Shown in pieces: positions 42,332-52,290 of a stretch of DNA of 64,000 nt. Source of the stretch: Candidatus Latescibacterota bacterium (GTDB lineage: Bacteria; Latescibacterota; UBA2968; UBA8231). The notes below the pieces were generated by a model that saw only the letters and a program-made list of their open reading frames with translations, ran no database searches and was not told where the DNA came from. A program made the position numbers and the translations under genes. The stretch spans positions 512,001 through 576,000 of the forward strand of contig CBDCXV010000010.1 of the NCBI GenBank assembly GCA_965223905.1, in the 5' to 3' direction. Every line of letters begins with the position of its first letter. Position 1 is the first letter of the stretch.

Positions 42332-43380
42332 AAGTATAGGAAAAATGAGGCACCTTTTTTGGACTCTCGGTCAAGGCGGACAGCGCACCGCAAGGGTCCG
42401 GCAACTCCCCTGAGGATCGTTTGCCAATCCTTCGACCGAACTCGCAGTCCGGCCTGGTTGCCTGTAAGCCCGAATCCGGATCAATCCGGGGCCTGAGGGA
42501 CTGTTGGGGGCACACCCAGCCGTACGCCCGGCGACGGCGACGGGTCGAGAAGGCAGGATCAGGCCGCGAACTCGAAAAGCGGCTCAGGCGGGACCCTCGG
42601 CGGGGGCATCGCCGGCAGCCCTACTCCCTCCAGACTGGTCCGGATCGAGGCCGGATCGGTCAGGGCGGCGATGATTCTCAGGCCACCGCCGCGTGCCGCG
42701 CATTGGCTGAGGTCGGAGGAAAACACCCGCGCCAGCAGGGTCGCCCACCGCAGTCGATGGCCGCAGGACGCAGCGCTCGTCGAGCCGTCCGCCGCCGCCG
42801 GCTCGGCACCCGGCTGGGCCGGCACGATGCGGTCGCGGGCCCCGGCCCGGGGCGCCAGGACCCCGTGGTAGCGCAGGAGATGAAACCGGGGCGGGGGGAC
42901 CAGAGCCGTCAGCTTCTCCAGCAGTTCCATCGGAGACAGCAGGAGATGGCTGGTCCCATCCGACCACGGCGTTTTGAGCGCGAAGGAAAGAGGGTCGGCA
43001 TCGACAAGGCGCAGACGCCCTCCCGCCAGGGCCGGCCGGGCCACGTAGCGGCACAAGCGTTCGAGCCCGCGCCGGTCAGGGCCTGCGATCCGCGTTGCCG
43101 CATGCAGCCAAAAGCCGCGCGAAGCAAAGCACAAGGGCGCCGTACGCACCCCGGTGGCCGGATCTTTCAGGACCCGGCGCAGGCGTTGGCCGGCGCGTGC
43201 CCCGGTGGCGGTGAGCCCTCGCACCGAAGCCGCGGTGAGAGCCGCCAGCACGGGCTCCTCGTCGGCGAGCGCATCCGCTGCGGTGTCGTCGAGCAGGCCG
43301 CGTTTGGTGCACAAGCGCATGATGCGGCGCGCACTCGTCTCCACGATCTGCTGCACGGCTTGGTCGGACAACGGCGGGGC
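42332..43380 (-). mobile_element. ISCR/IS91-like element copy B: oriIS end plus 3' part of the transposase
   Basis: Same terminus as copy A; transposase homology extends to 43380. Confidence 0.9.
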
Positions 43381-43850
43381 GCCAGTGCGCCGCCGCTCTC
43401 GGCTACCACGCCCGCGCCCTCATCGTCGACCACCACTGCCTGGCCGAGATCTGGTCCGACGAGCACGGCAAGTGGATCCTCCAGGACCCGGGGCTCCTGC
43501 CCGGCCACGAGGTCGCCTTCCAGTAACGAGGAGGCCGGCGCCCCCATCAACGCCCTCGAGATGCACCGCCTCGCCGCCGCCGGCCGGATGGGGAACATCG
43601 ATTTCGTGCCGCCGCCGCCCGTTCCCGCCGAGCAGCTCCATGGGCTGTTCACCCAGCTCTACCAGCCCCATCCCCCACCTGGACCGCTTTCGAGGTCAGC
43701 CTGGACCGGGGGGAGTGGGAGGAGAGCGGCGCCTCCTTCGAGTGGGAGCTGCACCCGGGCCGCAACCGCCTGCGGGCGCGGGCGGTCAACACCATGGGCC
43801 TCCGGGGCCCCGAGAACCGGGTGGAGCTGGAGTACCGCCCGGGCTCATGA
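43381..43850 (+). pseudogene. 3' fragment of a transglutaminase-like domain protein
   Basis: Manual translation gives CAAALGYHARALIVDHHCLAEIWSDEHGKWILQDPG...GRNRLRARAVNTMG; frameshifted. Confidence 0.6.
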
Positions 43851-44252
43851 CCACGAGGAGAACGAGATGAAGAAGGGAATTATATCCTCAACTCAGCACA
43901 CATCTGCCAGCGTGCGGGGTAAGTGCACATCTTAACGGTTGGCGTCCCCCCAGCCATCTTTCTATACGGCTGGGCGAGTTTGACTCTACCGGAGTCACCG
44001 GATACTGTACATCCCTTCACCACCACTGGTTCCTCATCGCAGGGAATGCAAGAAAGCTCAACGACTAATGCCTAAGCCCGGCCCGAAGCGACACCCGGCC
44101 ATCCCCGGCAGCGCACGACGCAGCGCAGAAGGTCGCCAGGAAACCTGCTCAACTCTCCACCGAAGACGAGTAACCAGATCGTGGTGGAACGGCGTGAGAA
44201 GCAAGCGAAAGAAGGCTGAGAAGGACTAGGGAAGAAACCACGGAGAATAGGC

Positions 44253-44750
44253 ATGAGCACACTTGTCCAGCCGCCAGCAGGAGCCGGTGAGACGATTCGG
44301 AACGTCACTGGCACGATGGTTTGGCTCTCTGAGCCGTTGAGGGCCGATGTGGACCTAGAGAGATATAAAGCGCTCCGTGAGGGGCTGGCCCCTTTGGTCG
44401 AGGAGTTCCACAGACGATTTGCCGAGCTTGCCAAGGACTACCCGGAGGATGACGAGATTGATCCTGATGACATTGCGGTTCCTATTCTGGAGAAGGCTGA
44501 GGAGTACTTTGACGCGCAACGTGTCGAACTACGACATCTACGGTCTGACTTAGTTCGCAAAGGCTACAAAGAACGGATTGGGGAACTGGATCAGTTAGAT
44601 GATCTCTACAGAAGACTTGCGATCATACTTGAAGAAGCTCGATGGACAATTCTGATCCATGACGGCCAAGCTTCTGAGGTTGCCGGAACGATAAGGGGCA
44701 GAGATGATCTCATAAAGTTCTTGCGAGACGACAGTGATGCGGATTCATAG
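44253..44750 (+). CDS. Acidic helical hypothetical protein; candidate antitoxin
   Basis: Clean ORF with GGAG RBS; overlaps the start of the RelE-like gene. Confidence 0.6.
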   Translation: MSTLVQPPAGAGETIRNVTGTMVWLSEPLRADVDLERYKALREGLAPLVEEFHRRFAELAKDYPEDDEIDPDDIAVPILEKAEEYFDAQRVELRHLRSDLVRKGYKERIGELDQLDDLYRRLAIILEEARWTILIHDGQASEVAGTIRGRDDLIKFLRDDSDADS

Positions 44751-45015
44751 TTTCGATGGAACCAACAGATTTCGCAAGGCTGCTCGCAGGTTACATCCCA
44801 AGGTGAAGAAAGAGTTGATTGATCTCTCGATGAATTTGAAAGGGGAGAATTATCACCAGGCCGGAAGCTTGAGAAATTGAGTGGGCAGCGAAAGAATCAG
44901 CCCCCCGCTTCATTCTGTAAGACTGGATGACAAGCACAGATTCATTTTTCAAGATCTCGGGCAAGGAGTTGGAAAAGCAATCGCTGTTGGTCCCCATGAC
45001 GCATACAGATTGTGA
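44737..45015 (+). CDS. RelE/YafQ-like toxin (two frameshifts)
   Basis: Manual reconstruction: MRIHSFDGTNRFRKAARRLHPKVKKELID..DEFERGELSPGRKLEKLSG...HSVRLDDKHRFIF...IAVGPHDAYRL. Confidence 0.6.
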
Positions 45016-45393
45016 GATGGGAAGGGGGCCTGAGTGATGAACGATTTCAAACACCTGTCATTGACATTCGATCTATGTAGTTCAGAGGTCTGGAAGCTCT
45101 TGGACTGTGCCTCACCTTGAGCGCCAGCGGCGGCGTGAAGAAGGCCGGCTCGATGGACGATGCTGTCTCCGGGCACATGGTCGCAGAAGCGATGCTGACG
45201 GCGCACTTCATCGCCGCGGCCCTCAAGGCCGGCATGAGCCAGGCCGAAATCAACGCCGTCCTCGCCGAGGTGGCCGACCGTTCGGCGCGAGCTCGACGCC
45301 AGGCCCTTCAAATACGTGGGCGTCGCGGGCGTGGAGGGGACTCGCATCGTGCAGGTCGGCGTGGCGGGCAAGGAATAGGGATACGCGTCGCCA

Positions 45394-45720
45394 TTACCCG
45401 GAGGACGGGCGCCTCGCGGGTTTCCCCATCAGGGAACTGCCGTCGACCCGGGATGCCATCTGGTCCTCCCGGTTGAAGAGCGAGCACGACCGCAGGGACA
45501 GGCAGCCGCAGCCGATGCAGCCGGTCAGGCTCTGCTTCAACCTCTCCAGCGTCTCGATCCGCTCCTCGAGCTGATCCCTCCAGCCCCGCGACAGCCTGGC
45601 CCACTCCGCCTTGTTGGGCGTGCGCCCGCTGGGAAGGCCGTCCAGGGCCGAGCGGATCTCCCGTAGAGATACGCCGACCCTCTGGGCGGCCCGGATGACG
45701 GCGACGCGGCGCAACATCGA
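45394..45720 (-). pseudogene. soxR: SoxR lacking its N-terminal HTH
   Basis: LRRVAVIRAAQRVGVSL...W..L..RI..L..L...LTGCIGCGCLSLRSCSLFN ([2Fe-2S] motif). Confidence 0.85.
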
Positions 45721-47206
45721 CCTCTCCGCGCCCCCTCGCGACCCGGTCGAGCGCGGCCTGCGCCGCCTCGAGGAGGGCATGGACCAGAACATCCGGCTGG
45801 TGATGGCCAAGGCCGTGGTGTCACTCCTGCGCGCCGGGGCGGACCCGGATGACGTCGTGCGGGCCAGCGGCCTGTACGGAGTGCGCCGGCGGCGCTCGGG
45901 TTGGGCCGACGGCATGACGATCCTCTCGGCCATGGCCAACGTGACCGACCACCTCCAAGGCGACGAGCGCATCGCCCCCCTGTACCAGGGGGTCCTCCAC
46001 GTAGCGACGAACACCAGCGGCCAGCCACCGCGGGTCCCGCTCCGGCCCCTCGAGAGCAGGGCGATCCCGCACGACGCGCTGAGACGGTGGTTCCGCTACC
46101 TGATCGAGGTGCGCAACGGCGACGGGGCGGAACGCACCCTGCTGGCCGCCATCGAGGGCCCTTCGAGCCCGGCCGACCTGGCGGAGATGATGGTGGCGGC
46201 GGCGACCGATCACTTCTACCTCGAGGGCGGCCACGTCATCGACTTCATCAACAAGGCCTTCGAGCTGCTCGACCGCATCGGCTGGGAGCACGCGGCCGAC
46301 GTCCTGCCCTCGCTCATTCCCCAGTTGAGCGTTGCCCAGCGCAGCGAAGAGCAGAACAACTGGCGCTCTCCCGTCGACCTCGTGACCCTGCTGAGCGAGA
46401 GCTTCGACTCCCTGGATCGACTGCTGGAGGAGGGCCGGGGGAGGGAGTGGAAGGGCAGCGGCGAGTTCACCGACGCGCTCCTGCAGGACGAGCCCCACGC
46501 GATCGTGGAGGGGCTGAACGAGGCCCTGAGGACAGGCGCGCGCCCCGTGCTACTGGCGGAGGCGGTCACGATGGCCGCGGCGCTGCGCATCGTCCGGTTC
46601 CACGTGAACAACGAGTTCTCCGACTGGATCGCGGTGCTCCACACCTTCTCGTACGCCAACGCCCTCCATCAGATGCTGAAGAGAGCCGAGTCGCCGGAGA
46701 TGCTGCGCGGCGTCTACCACGGGGCGATGCGCGTCTACCTCGACCGCTTCCTCAACGTCCCGCCCGCCCGCCTGCCCGACGCGGGCGCGCGAGCGGCGGA
46801 CCCCGGCCAGGCGATGGAGGAGTACCTGCAGCTGCTCAACCAGCAACAGCAGGTCGACGAAGCCGGGCGGCTCGTCTCCGGCTACCTGGTCTCAGGGGGC
46901 GAACCGGGGCTGCTGTTCCGCGCGCTCACCGAATCCCTGGTGAGGGAGGACGCCGAGTTCCACAGCTTCCAGATGCTCGAGGCCTCCATCCGCCAGCACG
47001 GCGAGCGGACCGACGTCGGCGAGCAGCGGCTCCTGATGGTGGCCGCAGCCCGCTACCTGGCGGCCAAGGCGCCCACTCAGCGAGAGCTGCTCCAGACGCT
47101 GCAGATTGCCCAGCGGCTGCACCGCGGAGAGGCCGTCTACGAGGAGGGGACATCGGGGACGGGCAATGACCCCGAGGGAACGCCGCATGGACCGGGATCG
47201 CATTGA
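45716..47206 (+). pseudogene. Helical protein of the type usually fused to an N-terminal Rieske domain; 5' end missing
   Basis: GMTILSAMAN, AAATDHFYLEGGHVIDFINKAFE, WIAVLHTFSYANA, REDAEFHSFQMLE, QIAQRLHRGE. No Rieske motif and no clear start. Confidence 0.6.
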
Positions 47207-47348
47207 GCGAGCCGGCCGGGCCCTCGGCATCGAGCCGCGCAGCTTCAGCCGGCTGTGCCGCCGCTACGGCGTCGAGACGCCGTATGCGCGCCGCCTGCGG
47301 GAGCGCCGGCAGGCCCGGCAGCGCTGCTCCGGTCCGAGGCAGAACTGA
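47187..47348 (+). CDS. Small basic HTH-like protein
   Basis: GAGGGA RBS; AGRALGIEPRSFSRLCRRYGVETPY. Confidence 0.5.
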   Translation: MDRDRIERAGRALGIEPRSFSRLCRRYGVETPYARRLRERRQARQRCSGPRQN

Positions 47349-47568
47349 CCCAGGTCGACGAAGCCGGGAGGCTCGCATCGGGCCTTGGCCCGTCGCACAT
47401 CGCGCCTGAGCTGGGAGGAAGCAAGCAGCGGTGACACCAGGACGGTAAACCGATCCAAGAGGACGCCTCTACAGGGAAGGGATCAAGAGGGCCGCCTGAA
47501 CTCGTTTACACACCTTTTGACAGGACCTCGGCTGAATGGGGGATATCAATTTCGTTCCCTGTCGCTTT

Positions 47569-48307
47569 CTATACAGTGCCGGACAACCTCCAGGCACTTC
47601 TCCATGGTGGCCACCGCTTCGCATGGTCGATGTGCATCCAAGTCTCATCAGTTTCCCGAGCAGCATACCAGTAGCACAGGAAGCCACCGCTCTCGTTTGG
47701 AATGTAGTCCCAGTCTCCCTTTACGGAGGTTCCCTGCAATTCCATGAAGAAGCCTTTCCAGGCACTCCATGACCAATCTGTGGGATGCTTGGATTGCCAA
47801 CTCTGCACCTCATCCTCTATGGATCGTAGGTGGCGCACGAATCCGTCAAGGATGTCGCTCTGGCTTCGGGCTTCTCTGCACTTCTCGAGGACTGCCAGGA
47901 GATCAGGTCGACTGACAACATCATATCCATGGCTGCGCACATTACCGTAATCGCTTTGATCGTCAGTTTGAACATAGACGGCAATAATCCTGTCTTGCGG
48001 AAAGCCCTTACTTAGCAGTTCCTTGTATCTCTGCAGCTGGTCCGAATGTTCCTGAGTACCCTTCTTGTCCTCAATCAGGATAGCAGCTTTAGTCTCTTCC
48101 TGCTCGTTGAGCACACATAGAACGTCAATGTGGTCAACCTGTTTTTCCACGCATACGGTATTGATCTTTTCTGAATACCCCTCTTCCCCAGCGGAAAGAA
48201 GGCGGATCAAGTCCACTCCGGCTTCGTGCAAGGCTCCGCTGAATTCTCGACAAGTCGGATCAGCCCATTTGAGCAGCCAACAAAGGAAGGCATCTTGCGA
48301 GAGTTCT
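47569..48307 (-). pseudogene. PD-(D/E)XK nuclease (PDDEXK_4-like); start removed by the oriIS of copy C
   Basis: ELSQDAFLCWLL, IDVLC, ILIEDK, EHSDQLQRY, WDYIPNESGGF. Confidence 0.75.
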
Positions 48308-50008
48308 AAGTATAGGAAAAATGAGGCACCTTTTTGGACTCTCGGTCAAGGCGCTGAGCGCACTGCAAAGGTCTGGCAACTCCCCTGAGCTGAGGATCGT
48401 TTGCCAATCCTTCGACCGAGCTCGCAGTACGGTTTGGTTGCCTGTAGGCCCGTATCCGGATCAATCCGGGGCCTGAGGGACTGTTGGGGGCACACCCAGC
48501 CGTACGCCCGGCGCCGGGAGCGAATCGCGGAGGAGGTCAGGCGGCGAACTCGAACAGCGGCTCAGGCGGGGCCCTCGGCGGGGGCATCGCCGGCAGCCCT
48601 ACTCCCTCCAGATAGGTCCGGATCGAGGCCGGATCGGTCAGGGCGGTGATGATTCTCAGGCGCCCGCCACAGGCCGCGCATTCGCTGAGGTCGGAGGAAA
48701 ACACCCGCGCCAGCAGGGTCGCCCAGCGCAGTCGATGGCCGCAGGACGCAACGCTCGCCGAGCCGTCCGCCGCCGACGGCTCGGCACCCGGTTGGGCCGG
48801 CACGATGCGCTCGCGGGCCCGGCCAGGACCCCGTGGTAGCGCAGGAGATGAGACCGGGGCGGGGGGACCAGAGCCGCCAGCTTCTCCAGCAGTTCCATCG
48901 GAGACAGCAGGAGATGGCGGGTCCCATCCGACCACGGCGTTTTGAGCGCCAAGGAAAGAGGGTCGGCATCGACAATGCGCAGACGCCCCCCCGCCAGGGC
49001 CACGTAGCGGCACAAGCGTTCGAGCCCCGGCCGGTCAGGGCCTGCGATCCGCGTTGCCGCATGCAGCCAAAAGCCGCGCGAAGCAAAACACAAGGGCGCC
49101 GTACGCACCCCGGTGGCCGGATCTTTCAGGACCCGGCGCAGGCGTTGGCCGGCGCCTGCCCCGGTGGCGGTGAGCCCTCGCACCGAAGCCGCGGTGAGAG
49201 CCGCCAGCACGGGCTCCTCGTCGGTGAACAGATCGGCGGCGGTGTCGTCGAGCAGGCCGCGTTTCGTGCACAAGCGCATGATGCGGCGCGCACTCGTCTC
49301 CACGATCTGCTGCACGGCTTGGTCCGACAACGGCGGGGCCGGAACGAAAACCGGAGCGTCCTCCCCATCGACGTAGACCCCGTCGAGCATGAGCACGTGC
49401 ACGGGGGGATTGAGGTTCAGGGAGGAACCGAACCGCTGGACGAAGGTCACCGAGCCCCAACGCGCGCGGTCATGGCCCATGGCCTGCGCCTGACGTCGAT
49501 ACCAGCGGCCCACCACGCGCAGAAACACCGCCAGTACGGCCGAGACCCACTCGCCGTCGTAGGCGAGGCGGTAGCGAATCTCGTACGGAAAGCTGAGCAC
49601 CTACTGGCGCACCGGCACCCGGGGCAGCACGTCGTCGACCAGGCGCGCCGCCGTATCGGCCATGCACCGGCCGCAGCACGAGGGGCAGAACCCCCGCTTC
49701 TTGCAGGAAAAGGCAACGGCCCGGCTCTTCCCGCAGTCCTCACAACTGGCGCGCACGAACCCGTAGGCCAGAATGCCGCATTCGAGGTAGGCCCGCAGCT
49801 CTTTGTCGACATGGAGCGGCAGTCGGTGCTCGGCCGTTCCGGCTTGCTGGAGAAAGGTTTCCAGATGCCCGGCGAGGACCTGGTAGAGGGGCTCCTTTTC
49901 CGGTTCGCGGCGGCGGTACGCCACGTTGCACTCTCCTCTATCTCCAATCTTGGCCGACTTCTTGAGCCAATCCTTCAAGCTGCGGGCCAGACGTGCTGCT
50001 GTTGCCAT
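48308..50008 (-). mobile_element. ISCR/IS91-like element copy C: oriIS plus near-full-length, inactivated transposase
   Basis: Zn-binding domain (YLECG, CxxC, SCKKRGFCPSC); TAG at 49601-49603 where W is expected (VPVRQ*VLSFP); HUH region QRFGSSLNLNPPVH; RLCRY; small deletions. Right boundary is uncertain. Confidence 0.9.
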
Positions 50009-50235
50009 TGATCTGCCTCCTACAGTGCCTAGTTGCTCTTCCCTCGCTGCTGCCCTGGGGTCCATAGGTGGTGCGCTAGCAGAAGAGCCAAGGACCTTAC
50101 TTGAGGATAGTACAGATAACCCGTAGTATATACATGTGTTAGTCGTTGGAAGGACAAGTTATCCTCCCAACCGCGGATGACAAACATCCGTGATATACAT
50201 AGCATGAACCTGTGTAACTCGTCAGAAAGGTAGAG

Positions 50236-51051
50236 ATGCCAACTGTAAAACACGACGCGTTCTTTCGCCGGCACCCGGTGTTCACAGGCGAGGAACTGGC
50301 CGAGCATCTCAATTCCGGCGGCGAGAAAGGACCGAGAACGCAAGAATCTCTGGTTGCCTACCACACCGGGACCGGGCGCCTGGTCCGTGTTCGGCGGGGG
50401 CTGTTCGCCGTCATCCCACCCGGCGCCGACAGCGACACCTATCCCATAGACCCCTTCCTGATCGCGTCCAGGCTCACGCAGGATGGGGTTCTGTCGCACC
50501 ACACGGCGCTGGAGTTCCACGGACGGGCCTACTCGGTATGGAGACACCTCACCTATATGGCGTCGCGTCCGCTGGAGCCGCTGACCTTCCGCCACCACGT
50601 CTACCGGGGAGCCAGATTTCCAGAGGCGCTTGTCCGTGCGGGCAAGGAGCAATTCGGCGTGTCGACGGCCGAGCGTGCGGGTATGTCCCTGAGGGTCACG
50701 AGCCTTGAGCGCACGCTCGTGGACGTTCTGGATCGCCCGCACATCTCAGGAGGCTGGGAGGAGATATGGCGCTCACTGGAGACGGTGGAGTTCTTCGACC
50801 TCGACAGGATCGTGGAGTATGTCCTACTGCTTAGGAAGGCGGCCGCGGCATCGAAGGTAGGCTACTACCTTGAAGAGCACCGAGAGTCCTTGATGGTAGA
50901 GGAACGTCATCTCAAGGCGCTCTGCAGTCGACGTCCACGGCAGCCCCATTACGTTGATCGGAGGAGAAGCGGGGATGGGAGCCTGGTGGCCGCATGGAAC
51001 CTGGTCGTCCCGAACGAGGTGGTTGAGAGGTCCTGGGCCGAGGTGACATGA
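50236..51051 (+). CDS. abiEi: AbiEi-type type IV antitoxin
   Basis: LVRVRRGLF, LSHHTALEFHG, VTSLERTLVD. Confidence 0.85.
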   Translation: MPTVKHDAFFRRHPVFTGEELAEHLNSGGEKGPRTQESLVAYHTGTGRLVRVRRGLFAVIPPGADSDTYPIDPFLIASRLTQDGVLSHHTALEFHGRAYSVWRHLTYMASRPLEPLTFRHHVYRGARFPEALVRAGKEQFGVSTAERAGMSLRVTSLERTLVDVLDRPHISGGWEEIWRSLETVEFFDLDRIVEYVLLLRKAAAASKVGYYLEEHRESLMVEERHLKALCSRRPRQPHYVDRRRSGDGSLVAAWNLVVPNEVVERSWAEVT

Positions 51052-52022
51052 GGGTTTCTCCTGAGAGGCTGGCGTTGGATGCGGAGGCGACTGGGTTCCG
51101 GCCGGATGTGTTGGAGAAGGTCGTACATCTGCTGCGGCTGCTTGATGCCATCCGCAGCCATCCGTTCCTAATGGGAAAGCTGGCCCTCAAAGGAGGGACT
51201 GCATTGAATCTTTTTGTGTTCGACGTACCGAGACTGTCTGTGGACATCGACCTGAACTATGTGGGTGCCGAAACCTTGGAGGCCATGCTAGATGAACGTC
51301 CCAGGATAGAGGAGGCATTGCAGGCTGTTTTCAGCCGGGAGGATTTCACCATCAGACGGATTCCCGAAGAACATGCGGGAGGCAAGTGGTCGCTTCGCTA
51401 TCCGTCGGCCTTCGGCCAGAGCGGCAGGATCGACGTGGACATCAACTACATGTTTCGCGTGCCGATGTGGCCGGTCAAGACACTCGATTCCCAGCCTGTG
51501 GGCATCTGGCGGGCGACCGGCATCCCGATGGTGGATATCCACGAACTTGCGGCAGGGAAGCTCACTGCATTACTGGCCCGCCGAAAGGCCAGGGACCTAT
51601 TCGACAGCAGCCTGCTCTTCTCCGTTGACGAACTCGACATTGCAAAGCTGAGAATCGCCTTTGTCGTGTACGGGGCATCGGTTAGGACAGACTGGCGCAC
51701 TGTCTCAGTCGAAGACGTGGCTTTCGACCCTGAGGAGCTTTCTAGCCAGCTCTTGCCCGCGCTCCGTGTTGTTGACATACAAGCCCTGGATGCGGTCACC
51801 TATGGTGACGACTTAGTCCGCCAATGCCGGCAGGCACTGTCTCAGTTCTTGCCCCTGAATGACGAAGAACGAGCATTCTTGAACCTGTTGCTCGACGAGG
51901 GAAGGATCGACGCGACGGTTCTGACCTCCGACGAGAGACTCCAGGAACGGATCCAAGCTCAACCCTCACTCGAATGGAAGGCCCGGAACGTGCGTGACTA
52001 CAAGGGACTATCTCAATGCTGA
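51048..52022 (+). CDS. abiEii: AbiEii nucleotidyltransferase toxin
   Basis: LKGGTALNL, RLSVDIDL, ELAAGKL..L..R..RDLFD; ATGA overlap with abiEi. Confidence 0.9.
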   Translation: MRVSPERLALDAEATGFRPDVLEKVVHLLRLLDAIRSHPFLMGKLALKGGTALNLFVFDVPRLSVDIDLNYVGAETLEAMLDERPRIEEALQAVFSREDFTIRRIPEEHAGGKWSLRYPSAFGQSGRIDVDINYMFRVPMWPVKTLDSQPVGIWRATGIPMVDIHELAAGKLTALLARRKARDLFDSSLLFSVDELDIAKLRIAFVVYGASVRTDWRTVSVEDVAFDPEELSSQLLPALRVVDIQALDAVTYGDDLVRQCRQALSQFLPLNDEERAFLNLLLDEGRIDATVLTSDERLQERIQAQPSLEWKARNVRDYKGLSQC

Positions 52023-52290
52023 ATACAGCGGCGTTCGCCATTGCGGACAGTTAGCAACTGTGAGGGTATTAGCCTCGTCATGAAAGCCACCGGCTCAGCC
52101 TCTTGGAGAAGGCCGCTCCGCCGCAGCCGTGCGGCACGAGGCTGTTCGTGGACACCCTGTTTGACGCACAAGTTCCCATCCCAAAGCTTGTCTGATAGCA
52201 GGCCGTTCCAAGACCGGCCGATGGTCACTGTGCGAGACCTTGATCATCTGCCGGCCGACAGGTCGGCCAAGGGGAGGGTGACTTCCCAGA

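Noticed and set aside
45100-45310. Short coding-like stretch (HMVAEAMLTAHFIAAALKAG) as a gene
   Set aside because: Probably a fragment of a larger protein; it has no start or RBS and I cannot assign a family with confidence.
49601-49603. In-frame TAG as pyrrolysine or stop-codon recoding
   Set aside because: It sits at an expected Trp (TGG to TAG) in a transposase with other lesions, and TAG is used as a normal stop elsewhere in the window.
37476-52022. Classical integron
   Set aside because: No tyrosine integrase and no attC-like palindromes are visible; unit boundaries are IS ends.
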